From contig NC_068989.1 in assembly GCF_001194135.2 (NCBI RefSeq), forward strand, positions 50,433,273 through 50,497,272: a DNA stretch of 64,000 nucleotides, given 5' to 3'. The position numbers and the translations under genes are program-made. The stretch comes from Octopus bimaculoides. Taxonomy: Eukaryota. Positions 38,359-52,300 of this stretch are shown here, piece by piece. Under the pieces are notes generated by a model that was given only the letters and a program-made list of their open reading frames with translations, had not been told where the DNA came from and did no database searches. Every line of letters starts with the position of its first letter. Within the stretch, counting starts at the first letter, position 1.

Positions 38359-40539
38359 ACATATATATACATATATATATATATGTATGAGTGTGTGTGT
38401 ATGTCTGTTTCTTCTGTATTTAGCGATTTAAATTCTTCCTCTGAAAGAGCTGGTTTGTTATAAAAATATTAAGCACCATCTTTGGAATATGGATAACGGA
38501 AAGAATGTCGCATTTTAAATCTGAGAACCCCCCACACACGCACACACACACATACAAACATCCAGGAACGGATCCTGTTCCATTTATAAGACTAAATGTC
38601 GAGATAGTATTATTATTCTGATAGAAATTGAAAAGTAAATAAAAAAGTGTTAACATGATTAGCAGAGAAATTTTCTCTTCCAATTTCAAACGGCTAATCT
38701 GAAAGAGTGTGAATAACATAGGTTTCTGGAAAATCAGATTGAAACACGTATTTCAAGTTAATGGGCTGCAAGGAATTTAATTGTATTTAATTCATCAATT
38801 CTTTTTTATGTCGAAATAAAGCCAGCAAGTTTTATTTTCATTTAAACTAGAAGTAAATTTAAATCCACAGGTGTGATATACAAGTGGTTTATCCATTGAC
38901 ATTAATAATACAGATGTTAGATGGAAATATATCGAATTTAATGGCACCATCTTATCTCCTCGACTATTGCAGTTCTTCAAAATTATAAAGAATATAAACA
39001 TCGATAAAGTCATGTGATCTTCAAAAATTGATTAATATTGATAACTACGTATATAAATACCAGAGATCTTGAAAGTGCTACATGCAACGGTATTAAACCT
39101 TCTACTTGATAAACAATTCAGTATTATCTATAGTGATGTCAAACGAATTTTCTTGAAGCTTATAGCACATTTCGATCAAAAGTAGTCGAGAGAAAAGTTC
39201 TGAACACTTGATATATCCATTATAATATTTGAAAGATATTGGCCACCTGTCACCCAAATCGACTTTAGTGCTAATCAACGTTGTAGTTCAATAATCTTTA
39301 AAATGATTAAGACAGATTTTGGATTGTGTGTTGCGTTAGTTTAAAGTTTACATCGGTTAAGAACTGCACTAGACATTACAGGTCGAAACCCTTGTCGTAA
39401 CATAGCAATGATTCAATATGTAATTTGCAAAAGGGATATATAAATATTTCGTGATTCAAATTTAACGCAAGCTGATTTCCTTCTTTAGAATATGTTTAGG
39501 TCACATACTAGTAAATTTGTCTGCAAGCTTAATTAGACTATAAATCAATTTTTTGGCCTCTGAATATATTTATTATTCTAAATACTCATCGTCTCTGTAT
39601 CACACAGATCGTTTCGAGATGTATGTCTTAGAAACAATTTCGACTGCTTAACCTTTTATCTTTCACTACAACAATTAATCAAATTATATGTTATAGAGAA
39701 TTGATGTGCTTTATAGTAGCCAAGAAATAATTATAGTGTTTTATAATTTCCTGTAAGCAAGTCAAAATTAATTTGGAATATAGTAGGCGAAAACGTCAAA
39801 GAATATAGAGGACGAATTAGTTTCTCTATTACTTTGTCCAGTGAAAAAAATATATTCCCGAGCAGTAATGTAAATCACTGCAGTATAAAACCTTTTGAAT
39901 TTAACAAATTTTAGATTAAACAAGATGACAAAGACCAAAAGGTCAACTTCACAAGTTTTTGTATTCTGCTTCATGTTGGTTCCATTAAATTAAATTTAGT
40001 AGATTATGTTGAGCAGTGATGTTACAGATTCTAAAGCAGCAAAAGGTACCGCTGAATTAAAAGATCTGAGATGATAACTCTGTGTCGTCTGATAACTTTT
40101 TATTTCAGAAACAATCCATCCGTTCAGTGAGCCCACTCTTTGAGTCAAAGCAGTATGTGAACGCGGTAATCCTCCTCTTGACATCCGCAGATGACACCAC
40201 ACGGCTTTCTCTTTATAATATCAAAAAGACGCAAGGAGAACCAAAATAAATATTAATATTATATCAACAACCTGCCACTCAAAAGTGATACGATTTGTCT
40301 CAACAAAACTGTCAGTGAAACAACTTCTTCGCTCGATTACATGAAAAACAGTTGTAAAAAAATTCAAGTGGAAACGTAGTAAATTGTCAATGGACACCAA
40401 CGAAGATAAGCCCATCTTTTAAATAGGTTCATATGTGTGCATGTTTGTGTCTGCGTGTGCATATGTGCGTGAGTGCATGTGTTTATGTGTGTGTATGAGA
40501 GTGCTGAACCGGTAATCGCTACACATATTTTCTATCTCC

Positions 40540-40670
40540 ACTTTTTTTCTCTTAATCTTTTCTGTCAAAGAGCGTAGGTTCGAAACGTAAAATACTTTTC
40601 TAATCTTCCTGAGCGTTAGCTTAATACACCTGCTTGTTGTTCCTACACCTGTCACCGTCTATTGTTTTCT
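40540..40670 (+). mobile_element. Penelope-like terminal repeat fragment with degenerate hammerhead
   Basis: TTTTCTGTCAAAGAGCGTAGGTTCGAAACGTAAAA: stem II, GAAAC and GUA are present; core has two mismatches. Confidence 0.35.
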
Positions 40671-41572
40671 GTAAATTTGAGCTATATATATATGTATATA
40701 TANNNNNNNNNNNNNNNNNNNNNNNNNNNNNNNNNNNNNNNNNNNNNNNNNNNNNNNNNNNNNNNNNNNNNNNNNNNNNNNNNNNNNNNNNNNNNNNNNN
40801 NNNNNNNNNNNNNNNNNNNNNNNNNNNNNNNNNNNNNNNNNNNNNNNNNNNNNNNNNNNNNNNNNNNNNNNNNNNNNNNNNNNNNNNNNNNNNNNNNNNN
40901 NNNNNNNNNNNNNNNNNNNNNNNNNNNNNNNNNNNNNNNNNNNNNNNNNNNNNNNNNNNNNNNNNNNNNNNNNNNNNNNNNNNNNNNNNNNNNNNNNNNN
41001 NNNNNNNNNNNNNNNNNNNNNNNNNNNNNNNNNNNNNNNNNNNNNNNNNNNNNNNNNNNNNNNNNNNNNNNNNNNNNNNNNNNNNNNNNNNNNNNNNNNN
41101 NNNNNNNNNNNNNNNNNNNNNNNNNNNNNNNNNNNNNNNNNNNNNNNNNNNNNNNNNNNNNNNNNNNNNNNNNNNNNNNNNNNNNNNNNNNNNNNNNNNN
41201 NNNNNNNNNNNNNNNNNNNNNNNNNNNNNNNNNNNNNNNNNNNNNNNNNNNNNNNNNNNNNNNNNNNNNNNNNNNNNNNNNNNNNNNNNNNNNNNNNNNN
41301 NNNNNNNNNNNNNNNNNNNNNNNNNNNNNNNNNNNNNNNNNNNNNNNNNNNNNNNNNNNNNNNNNNNNNNNNNNNNNNNNNNNNNNNNNNNNNNNNNNNN
41401 NNNNNNNNNNNNNNNNNNNNNNNNNNNNNNNNNNNNNNNNNNNNNNNNNNNNNNNNNNNNNNNNNNNNNNNNNNNNNNNNNNNNNNNNNNNNNNNNNNNN
41501 NNNNNNNNNNNNNNNNNNNNNNNNNNNNNNNNNNNNNNNNNNNNNNNNNNNNNNNNNNNNNNNNNNNNNNNN

Positions 41573-44299
41573 TACCATCATAATTTTTAAATATCTATAA
41601 AACTACCAAAAGCTTGTTTATTTTTATGCCTTTGATTTATTATTTGTGTTGCTTAATATGTTTCGCTGAAATTGCTGTTTCTCTTAAGATATCATCAGAA
41701 AAGGGTAATTAAAATACACTAAAATGACAGTTCTATCGGACTTTCAAAGAGGTCAAATTGTTCGTGATCGTATGGCAGGGGCTAGCGTAACGAAAACCGT
41801 CGAAATGTTTGGTGTATCAAGAAGTATTGTCTCGAAAGTAATGACAGCCTTTGAGAAAAAAGGGAAAAACCTCCTCGTCGAAATAAAACTCCAGAAGAAA
41901 TCATTCAGATAGAGACCGTCGTATTCTTATGCGAATTGTTAGAAAGGATCACAAAAGTACAGCACCCAAAATTACTGCAGAGCTTAATGACCACCTCAAG
42001 AACCCAGTTTCCACAAAAACTGTTCGCCAGGACCTGTACAAAGCCGGATTTCACAGGAGACAGCCAAAAGAAGCATTTAACACAGACTGCCTACTTCTAA
42101 CTATTAAAAATAGAGGAGGATCTGTGATGATCTGCTGGGCTATATCTTGGAAATCCGCTGGCCCAATGGTTTCACTTCATTGCAGAATTTAATCTTCCTC
42201 TTAATCCTTTTTGTCCCTTGTGGAGCATAGGGTCTCAACAGTTATTTTCTACTTTTTGCGGTCATTGGCGTGTTTCTTGGCTGCTTCCCATGTCAGGCCG
42301 GTGGTCTTGAGCTCGTCCAAAATCCTTCGCTTCAATGTCTGCTTCGGGCGTCCTCGCTTCCTTTTCCCCTGCCGGTTCCAGTCAAGTGCTTGTCGTATCA
42401 CATTTGAGGGTTCTTTTCGCAGTGTGTGTCCGATCCATCTCCATTTCCATGTATGGGCTCCTGGTTAGCCCTTTCCCACAGGTCGGTGTTTGGCACTCTG
42501 TAGAACCACTTCAGATGGAGGATCTGCCGGAGACATTTGTTGATGAAAGTCTGGATCTTCTTGTAGTTGCTGCAGGTGGCTCTCCATGTTTCAGAGTCAT
42601 ACAAACGCACAATTTTACGTTTGAACTAAATAAGCGGAGTTTAGTTCGAGTTGAGATGGCATTGAACTTCCATACTGGCTAAAGAATAACGAAGACTTGC
42701 CAAGCTTTCTTGCTTCTTGCAGTGATGTCCTCGTCTGATCCACCTGATTTGCTGATCTTGCTTCCAAGATAGACAAACTCACTAACATCTTCCACAGATG
42801 CCTTCTCGATTGGGATTGGTTCTTCTTGCTTGTTGATATGCAGCACTTTTGTTTTTTCCTGGCGGCTGATCCTCAAGCCCACTCGTCGTGAGGTTTCTCT
42901 CAGGTGGTCTACCTTATCTTGCATGTCTTGCAGGCGATGTGAGAGTAGCGCGAGATCATCTGCGTAGGCCAAGTCCTCCAGCTTGTTCATCAGTGTCCAC
43001 TGAATACCTTTCTTGGACGCCGTCCTGCTGACCCAGTCCAGCACGATGAGGAACAGGAGCGGTGGCAACAAACACCCCTGTCTGACTCTCGTGCTGACCA
43101 TGAATTCCTCCAACAATCTCCCAGTATGGATGACCTGGCAAGAAAACTCCTCGTAGAGTAATCGAATAATGCCCACGATCTTCTCTGGCACACCATAGTG
43201 TCGTAAGATGTCCCAGATTGTCTGCCTGTCTACGCTGTCAAATGCTTTTTCAAAGTCGACGAAGCACACAGAGTGACGTTTGCCATTCCATTGTCTGCTC
43301 CACGATGACTCTGAGCGTCGCAATTTGGTCCGTACATGATCTCTCCTTTCTGAAACCTGCCTGCTCATCACTGAGTTGCTTGTCAATGGTATGATTCAAT
43401 CGCTCCAGGATGATTCTTATAAGGACTTTGCTTGGAATGGAAAGCAAGGTAATTCCTCTCCACTTTTCGCATTGTGTTAAATCCCCACTCTTCGGCAGCT
43501 TCACCAAAAGACTCTTCTTCCAGTAGGTTGGGATCTTCTCTGTCGTCCATACCAGGTTCAGCACGTAGTGCATATGATCGATCATCTCCTCTCCTCCTCC
43601 CTTCAGTGCCTCTGCTGGTATGCCGTCCTGTCCTGCCGACTTTCTGTTCTTTAAGCTCTTCACGGCTTTGCGGATTTCTGGCTTGGTGATTTCTCCAATG
43701 TGGATATTGAGCGGGATACCTGGCCCCAATTGTGGCGAATCTTGAGGTGTAGGGCAGTTAAGTGTTTCTTGGAAGTGTTCCTTCCATCTCGCCAGTTGGC
43801 CCTCAATGAAAGTCAGCAACCGTCCGACCTTGTCCTAAAGATAAAAGGGCAGAATTTAATAATCAACACTATTTAAGCATTTTGTCTGATCAAATAGATC
43901 CTATGTTTGCGGAACTGTTTCCGGAGAGAAATTCAATCTTTCAGGATGATAATGCACCAATTCACACAGCTCATGTTGTTACTTAATGGCACGAGAAACA
44001 TTCTAGTGAAGTTAAACATCTTATCTGCACACCATAGTCCCCAGATTTTAATATTATCGAACATTTATGGTGCATTTTAGAAAAATAAGTATGCAATCGA
44101 TATCCTTCACCATCGTCACTACAAGAACTGGAGACTGTTTTAGCTGAAAAATGCACAGAAATTCCTTTGGAAACAATTCAAACTTTCTATGAGTCATACC
44201 TCTAGCTGTAATTACTGCCAAGGGCGGTTCTACCCCATATTAAAATAAATTTGTTTGAGATTTTAAGGGGTGTTTCCATTATTTTGTCCAACCCCTGTA
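41573..44299 (+). mobile_element. Tc1-like (DD34E) transposon family T2, split by an RTE insertion
   Basis: MTVLSDFQRGQIV..., KNRGGSVMICWAIS before the insertion; FQDDNAPIHTA and SPDFNIIEHLW after it; 3' TIR ...CCATTATTTTGTCCAACCCCTG-TA ending 44299. Confidence 0.88.
42194..43848 (-). mobile_element. 5'-truncated RTE-clade LINE (RT and 3' end) with 12-bp TSD
   Basis: RWKEHF, KSAGQDGI, WRGITLLS, QAGFRKERSC.DQI, FVDFEKAFDSV, VRQGCLL.P.LF, YADD; TSD GCAGAATTTAAT at 42182-42193 and 43849-43860. Confidence 0.95.
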
Positions 44300-44365
44300 T
44301 ATATGTATGTATGCATGCATGTGTGTATATATGTATGTACGTATGTATGTATGTATGTATGTATG

Positions 44366-44429
<64 letters not shown>

Positions 44430-44467
44430 TTACATGCATGCATATATATATATACATATATATATAT

Positions 44468-44504
<37 letters not shown>

Positions 44505-44563
44505 NNNNNNNNNNNNNNNNNNNNNNNNNNNNNNNNNNNNNNNNNNNNNNNNNNNNNNAGAGA

Positions 44564-44601
<38 letters not shown>

Positions 44602-45042
44602 AAGGGAGGAAAAGTGAGACAAAAGACGAGTGAGATGCATAAACACAAGCATGTTCTTTGTTCTTGAATTAAGATTTTCATTTTCCCTCACACTCTTGAA
44701 TATAATAATCCTGCAGCTTTTTGAATGTATATATGTTTTCGAATCATTAAGATATGCTGACGGATATCTTGCATATGCTATTACTATACATTTCTATTTG
44801 AAGCTGGTGAGCTGACACACAGGTGTGAGTTTAGGTTATATCTTTTTTATTTAGTTTGCTTCTTATAGTTGTTGCCACTAAACTTTTCCAGGAAACGGAA
44901 ATAAATTTCCCAAAATATAAAAATATCGAATACATTGGAATCAGCACACAGTTTCAGAGAAAAATTCGTGCGAAACAAAATTTAGCCCTTTTCTTTCACT
45001 CCCTGAATTTAAAAATTTGTTTTATCTTATATCTTTTACTTG

Positions 45043-45330
45043 TTTCAGCCATTCGATTGCAGCCGTGATAGGCCACTGCTCTGAAGAAATTTTGTGGAAT
45101 GAGTCTACTTCAGAACTTATGTTGTATTTTTAAGTTTGGTACTTATTCTATCGGTTTCTTTGACCGAATCGCTTAGTCACGTGAATGTAAACATACCAAT
45201 ACCCGTCGTCAAGCAACGGTGGGGAACAAACAAAGGCACAAAGGCGCATTCACAAATACATATACGCACACAGACACATGTATATGTATGCATATGTATG
45301 TATTATGTATGTATGTATGTATGTATGTAT
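45043..45330 (-). mobile_element. SINE family A, 3' half
   Basis: Reverse complement contains ACCGATAGAATAAGTACC and GGCTGCAATCGAATGGCTGAAAC, as in 10800-10900. Confidence 0.75.
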
Positions 45331-45334
45331 GTAT

Positions 45335-46223
45335 ATAGTAAATAGACACCTTTACATTTCAAAATCATTTATTTAATACGGAAAGCGAACAAATGTATTT
45401 AATCGATAGGTAGGACTACATACTTTAGTATTTAGTTGACATTTACTTTGCAGCTTTTAATTCAGAAACTCTTTATGGCATTGGACTGTTGAGCTTTGTG
45501 ATTGTCTCTTGTTGAATTTCTGCGCACTTTACACGCGACAATCGAAACAATTGATCTTTTGATTTAGGTTTCTGTCGTGTTTTTAGTGTCTAGTATGTTC
45601 CAAAGATTTTCAATTGGGTTCATGTCAGGAGATTGACTCCACCAAGGAAGCTTTTTGATCTCATTTTCAGTCAGCCATTGTTGATTCCTTTTCACTGAGT
45701 GGCATTCTTCCATGTATAAAAACTCATTTTTCGTTATGTTGTCGTGTGAATACATCGGAAGTAATCCTTGCTTAAGTATTTCGATGTATTTTTCAGAGTT
45801 TATGGTTCCAGCACATTCGATCAGCTCAGAACGACTATTGCTGGTGACAGATCCCCATACCATTACAGAGATATCACCATGTTTCACAGTTAGTTGGAGT
45901 CGTTTCAAATCAAATTCTTGATTGGGAAGCCTCGAGAGCCAAACACGTCCACTGTCTGAAAATGATGCAAATCTGCATTCATCTGAGAAAATCACTCAAT
46001 CCAAAAATGAACTGGATTTTTCTGCATCTCCTTTGCCGATTTCTTTCTTTTCGTGATATTAATTGGTTGAAGGAGAGGTTTTCTTCTAGCTGCTCGTCGA
46101 TAATACCTATGTTTATGCAGATATGTAACACACGTTCTTGGACTAACTTCTAACTGTTTTGCAATGTCAGAAGCCTTCAAACGGGGTTCATTTTCCACAA
46201 TTCTCTTCAAACAGTGAAGCTTC
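45335..46223 (-). mobile_element. Tc1-like (DD34E) transposon family T1, truncated by gap
   Basis: YLHKH.YYRRAARRKPLL, IFSDE, TVKHG..SVMVWG, SQSPDMNPIENLW; TIR TATAGTAAATAGACACC at 45335. Confidence 0.9.
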
Positions 46224-47266
46224 NNNNNNNNNNNNNNNNNNNNNNNNNNNNNNNNNNNNNNNNNNNNNNNNNNNNNNNNNNNNNNNNNNNNNNNNNNNNN
46301 NNNNNNNNNNNNNNNNNNNNNNNNNNNNNNNNNNNNNNNNNNNNNNNNNNNNNNNNNNNNNNNNNNNNNNNNNNNNNNNNNNNNNNNNNNNNNNNNNNNN
46401 NNNNNNNNNNNNNNNNNNNNNNNNNNNNNNNNNNNNNNNNNNNNNNNNNNNNNNNNNNNNNNNNNNNNNNNNNNNNNNNNNNNNNNNNNNNNNNNNNNNN
46501 NNNNNNNNNNNNNNNNNNNNNNNNNNNNNNNNNNNNNNNNNNNNNNNNNNNNNNNNNNNNNNNNNNNNNNNNNNNNNNNNNNNNNNNNNNNNNNNNNNNN
46601 NNNNNNNNNNNNNNNNNNNNNNNNNNNNNNNNNNNNNNNNNNNNNNNNNNNNNNNNNNNNNNNNNNNNNNNNNNNNNNNNNNNNNNNNNNNNNNNNNNNN
46701 NNNNNNNNNNNNNNNNNNNNNNNNNNNNNNNNNNNNNNNNNNNNNNNNNNNNNNNNNNNNNNNNNNNNNNNNNNNNNNNNNNNNNNNNNNNNNNNNNNNN
46801 NNNNNNNNNNNNNNNNNNNNNNNNNNNNNNNNNNNNNNNNNNNNNNNNNNNNNNNNNNNNNNNNNNNNNNNNNNNNNNNNNNNNNNNNNNNNNNNNNNNN
46901 NNNNNNNNNNNNNNNNNNNNNNNNNNNNNNNNNNNNNNNNNNNNNNNNNNNNNNNNNNNNNNNNNNNNNNNNNNNNNNNNNNNNNNNNNNNNNNNNNNNN
47001 NNNNNAAAGAGCCTCAGATTTTCATTTCTTCAAAACTCTTTTGTTTCCGTTTTCTTTCAAGAACACTTTCGTTTTACCAGCTTTCGCATTAAACTCATAT
47101 TTATTCGTTTTCTTTCAATCTTCAAAACTTTTTTGTTTTTTGTTTTCTTTCAAAAACACTTTCTTTCTACAAGCGTTCTTCTTTCACACATTAATTTCAT
47201 TTCGTAAAATCAGCTACAAAAAAAGGGGGTTCAGATTTTCTTATCTATCTAATTTATTTATCTAAT

Positions 47267-47297
<31 letters not shown>

Positions 47298-47559
47298 CTA
47301 ACTAACTAAGCGTTCTTATTTGTTTTAACACATATTTCTTTCATTTATTCTGACGTGAATACGATATATTTCTTTCTGCGTTTTCATTTGTTTGAAGTTG
47401 TTACACTTCTATTTCTCTCTGCCTACAACGATCATTTTCATTCCGTAAAGAATATTTATTTATGTAACCTATTCTTATATCATGCATCGACAAGGAAGAA
47501 AGAAAACATCCGGCTGGCTTATTGATAGTGCGAAGACAGCGCGGCTAAGCAGGTGACAT

Positions 47560-47830
47560 AATGAATCGGACGCTCATAGAGCTGAGCGTCTGACAGAACA
47601 GAGGAAAGAAAAACAGAAGCAGGAGAGACCAGGCATCCAACACAGTATAAATCGGACATTCAGAGAGCGAGCGTCTGGCGGAACAGAGCGTAAGAAACAC
47701 AAACGGAAGAGAGTATGAATCGGACGCTGGGAGAGCTGAGCGTCTGGCTAAACAGAGGGACATATACAGAAGCAGGAGATATCATAATTCGGACGTTCAG
47801 AGGCCTGAACGTCTTTCCCAACAAACCATT
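47560..47830 (+). repeat. Four ~70-90-bp coding repeats at the Helitron N-terminus
   Basis: AATCGGACG...GAGCGTCT...ACAGAG recurs near 47560, 47650, 47716 and 47785 (NESD..RAERL.EQR-like). Confidence 0.75.
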
Positions 47831-48617
47831 ACGAATACAGCAAGGACAGTGCAACGATGTGACATATCTGCCTATGCTGGACGGATGAATAAGATATGTG
47901 TCTACTGTCATGCAATGGTTTTTCATGGTGAAACGGCTAACTTTTGCTGTATGAATGGAAAAGTCAGGCTGGAGAATCTGCAGGCTTTACCTCAGGAACT
48001 TCACAATTTATTTAGTACTGATCAACCTACGGCAAATGAGTTCAGGAAGAACCTCAGGCAATACAGCTGTCTGTTCCAAATGACATCTTTTAGGGCTTAA
48101 GAAGTTCGTTTTTCAAGGAGTGGATGGAATCTTTCCATCGTTATTCAGGGTCAAATTCATCATTACATCGGTTCCTTAACACCTAATCACAACGAACAAC
48201 TTCAATTTCTTCAAATTTACTTCTTGGATCCTCAGGATAGTATCGATTTGAGGATGAGGATACTCCTTAACGATGACGTTAAGTGCGACATAGTTGAATT
48301 ATTGGAGATTATACTCAGCCACTGCGTCATTTAGAATGGCAAAAGAACGAATAAATATTCTCGAAGCTACGAGTATTATTGATCCCGATTGGAGACCAGC
48401 AATACAACATGAGAGAAGATTCAATGCACAAACTGCAAACGAAGTTGCCGTTATTATACAAAACAGCACCAGAATTAAAGCAACACCACGGCACGTTGTG
48501 TTGAAAGAAAAAGGCGGACAACTGCAAATAATCTCAGAATCCCATCTGTCTTACGACAGTTTTCAGTATGTTCTATGTTTTAGTTTTTGTGATGACTGAT
48601 GGCATAATGAGCTGCTA

Positions 48618-49346
48618 ATGAGCAACAACAAGAAGTTGACGCCAATGCGCTACTATGACTATCGAATAATAAACTATAAGAATGAATGTAATCAATTTTT
48701 CAGAGGCGGTGGTTTATTTCAGCAATATTCGGTTGACATAGCTGCGAAGATTGAAGGACATAGGCTGCGTTACATCCGATTGAATCAAACATCATTGCGG
48801 TCTACAACATACAAGGGCCTTACTGACCTATTGAATGATGACGATGTTTGTAGCATCGGCACGCGAATCATACTGTTTTCCACATTTGTCGGTGGAACAA
48901 GGTATATAATGGAGCGATTCCAGGATGCAATGATGTACATACGGAAATGCGGCAATGCTTTATTCTTCATCACAATGGCATGCGATCCAAACTGGCCTGA
49001 AAGCCGGCAAAACCTGTTCCTAAATCAGAAGCCGCATGATAGGCCAGATTTAATTGCCAGAGTATTTGACCTGAAACGGAAATTGTACATAAAATATATT
49101 CCTGGAGTAGATGGCTTATTGGGCAAGTGCATTGCTTACGTGATCACCGTCGAATATCAAAATCGAGGACATCTCTATGTACAGTGTTTGCTATGGTTCA
49201 ATGAAACCTCCAAGCCCAGACCAGAAGAATACGATAAATTCATTCAAGTCGAAATATCAGATCCAAACAAACATCCAGAGAGTTATCAATTGGTGTTGAA
49301 GCACATGATCCACAGTCCCAATTGCTCTAACAATTCGCCGTGTTAG
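48618..49346 (+). pseudogene. Helitron Rep (HUH) domain, longest open segment
   Basis: ORF track 242 aa with Helitron Rep motifs 1-2. Confidence 0.88.
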
Positions 49347-52300
49347 AAACCTGGAACATGCAGCAAGCGGTACCCTAAGCCTTTCAATGAATATACATTG
49401 CGGAGAGGACTCTTATCCAGTGTACAGAAGACAGTCTCCAAGAATGGGAGGATTTGCAGGGCACAAACAAGGAAGGGAAAACCGAAATATAAAATAAGAG
49501 TGGGTGGTTCCCTACAATATGAAACTATTTAAACTGTTCATCTAAATGTAAAGATATTCACTTTCATGGAATTGATCAAATATGTTATCAAATATACCAT
49601 GAAGGGCAGTGATCAGGCAATGTTTGGAGTGAACAGGGAAGACGAGATGACACAGTATTTAACAGGAAGATAAACCGGTCCTTCAGAAGCTGTGACCTCA
49701 GTACTCGTATTTCCAGTTCATTAGAGAGAACCATCTGTAGTTCGCCTTCAAGTTCATCTATCCGAGGAAAATCAAATCTTCTTTCATGACAATGCAGCTG
49801 TTGCAGTAAACAATAACACACGTAGGACAACTCTCATTGAATTCAAGGATCTTTGTGCTCGCAATCCATTTGCAAAAACTTTGTATTATGCCGATGTGCC
49901 AAGGTTTTACACATGCAGTAACAAGACATGGGAAAGGAGAGAGGTGAGGAAAAGAGCTGACCAATATTCAGGGAATGTTGGGGTAAAAACCTTTGGACGA
50001 ATATATACTGTTTCTCCACGAAGTGGTGAACTGATTTACTTAACACTCATTCTGCATCACGTCAACGGGAAAGTATCGTTCAACTCTTTGAGAATGTGTG
50101 CCGGAAAACTATTGCCATAATCCAAAGACGTCTGCAAAGAGAAAGATTTACTTCAATCAGATGATCATTGGCAGCAGACTCTGGAAGATGTTCAGCGAAT
50201 ACGGCTTCCGAAAGCCATGAGAGATCTATTCATTGTGCTCCTCACAAATACAGAAATTAACAATTCCAGTGTTTTATGGGCTCAATTTAGTAATTCACTG
50301 GCGATTACCTTCAAATAGTAAAATGGGTTACAAGAAACATAAACGTTTTGATTAGCGAGAGACATAATGATCAATGTCTTCTGTATTGTCATGACAAACT
50401 CAATGAGTTGGGCAAAGGCCTTACTGACTTTAACTTGCCAATGCAAAATACTATTGTCATTAATCAGGGTATTGGCAATTTGGAATTACTGAATGAGTAG
50501 CAATACAGCAGAGAACAGCAGCAACGATTTGTAGAAGAGAGAGAGCCTTTATTGAATAGTGAGCAACAATATGTGTACAACTTTATTTGTAACAGTTTAC
50601 AGAGGAACACATCTGGGTTGATTTTCATTGACGCTCCAGCTGGAACAGTAAAGGCATTCCTAATTAACCTAATCCTAAGTCAGGAGAAACCGCGACGTGG
50701 CTATGGTGTAGCGTTATCTGACATTGCCGCAACACTGATGTCTGGTGTAAGACCGGCGCATTCTAGGTTCAAAATACCAGTAGAAGTGAAAGAAGATGGT
50801 CTGCGCAACATTGATAAAAACTAAAATACGATAAACGTCTTCCAGCATGCAAGGCTGATTGATTGGGATGAGTATCCTATGATACGGAAGGAAAGCTTCG
50901 AAGCGGTTGACCTTACTTTACGTCATATATGCGACAGCAATGAGCCATTCGGTGGAATTTTGACAATTTGCTGTGGCGATTTCTGTAAGCTTCTCCTGAT
51001 AGTGAAAAAGTGAAAAGGGGAGGCGTCTGTATTACAAAATCATTCTTATGGCGAAGCTTCGATAAATTTCAGTTGAACACAAACATGTGATTGAGTGAGG
51101 GAGCAGAGGTCTACTCACAGTTCCTGTTGGATATTGGACAAGATAAAATAAAAAATAAAAATGAAAATGAAATTGTTTTGCGAAAAGAAGTGGTTCTCCA
51201 AGCAACAACTATGCAAGAATGCATTGACTTCATCTACTCCCCATTCGACAATCCAGGTGAAGTGTTTTCGAAAATTGCATCTTAGTACCTCTCAATCGAA
51301 TGATGAGAAGCATCAATTCTACCTGTATCAGACGCTTCCCTCGAATCATAAAAAAGAGTATCGATCCTATAATTCTGTGAATGATGGTTCCAATGCTACT
51401 GATTTCCCGACTGAATTCCTTGATTCGGTTGACGTAGCAGGACTGCCACCACATAAGATGTAATTGAAAAAAAGGATCGCCGATAATTCTAATATGAAAC
51501 ATGAATCCTTCAAGACTTTTGTAATGGAACGCCTATGATCATGGAACAACTGTACGACAATCACAAAGGAGCAAGAATCAACACTGCTGCTTTCAGAAAC
51601 GAAATCGTTATGAAATCAAGAATAACAATTGATCTATCCGAAGGCGGGGATATCTCTTTGCAGGGAAGCCAATTTTCGGGTTCAATCATGCTTCGCTATG
51701 ACAATTCATAAACGTAAGAACAAACTATGGACAAAGTCTTGGTTTATCTGGAACAACCTGCATTTCAACACGGCCAACTGTATGTGGCCCTTAGCCGCGG
51801 AAAATGAAAGGAAAATGTCAGTGTTTCTGAAGGATACCCAATCAACTAAGAATGATGTAATCAAAAGCATTCTTGCGAACAAACTTTAACAGCATCAAAA
51901 TGTGAAAATATTACTTCCGACGGCAGAACGTGAAAGGAAAGAAAAAAACTAAGACAAGTATGAAAAATTTCCTTTATTTCAATGCAATGTCAAATTCAGC
52001 TTCAATGTTTTATAACCTGAATAGTTAGTGATTTAACGAATCATGGCTGGTCTAGTATATATATATATATATATATATATNNNNNNNNNNNNNNNNNNNN
52101 NNNNNNNNNNNNNNNNNNNNNNNNNNNNNNNNNNNNNNNNNNNNNNNNNNNNNNNNNNNNNNNNNNNNNNNNNNNNNNNNNNNNNNNNNNNNNNNNNNNN
52201 NNNNNNNNNNNNNNNNNNNNNNNNNNNNNNNNNNNNNNNNNNNNNNNNNNNNNNNNNNNNNNNNNNNNNNNNNNNNNNNNNNNNNNNNNNNNNNNNNNNN

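Larger units (their letters stand above)
47300..52056 (+). mobile_element. Near full-length decayed Helitron (Rep/HUH plus PIF1 helicase)
   Basis: CVYCHAM.F..E...CC.NGKV, GLFQQY.VD, STFVGG.RY, FFITM.C.P.WPE, DRPDLIARVF, VEYQNRG; helicase IFIDAPAGT.K, AHSRFKIP, DE.PM, GDF, GLPPH; 3' hairpin 52028-52044 followed by CTAG-T at 52052-52056. 5' boundary approximate. Confidence 0.93.

Noticed and set aside
38420-38719. TM-like ORF as first exon of a membrane protein
   Set aside because: Hydrophobicity is explained by T-rich sequence and the ORF runs into (TG)n; no independent support.
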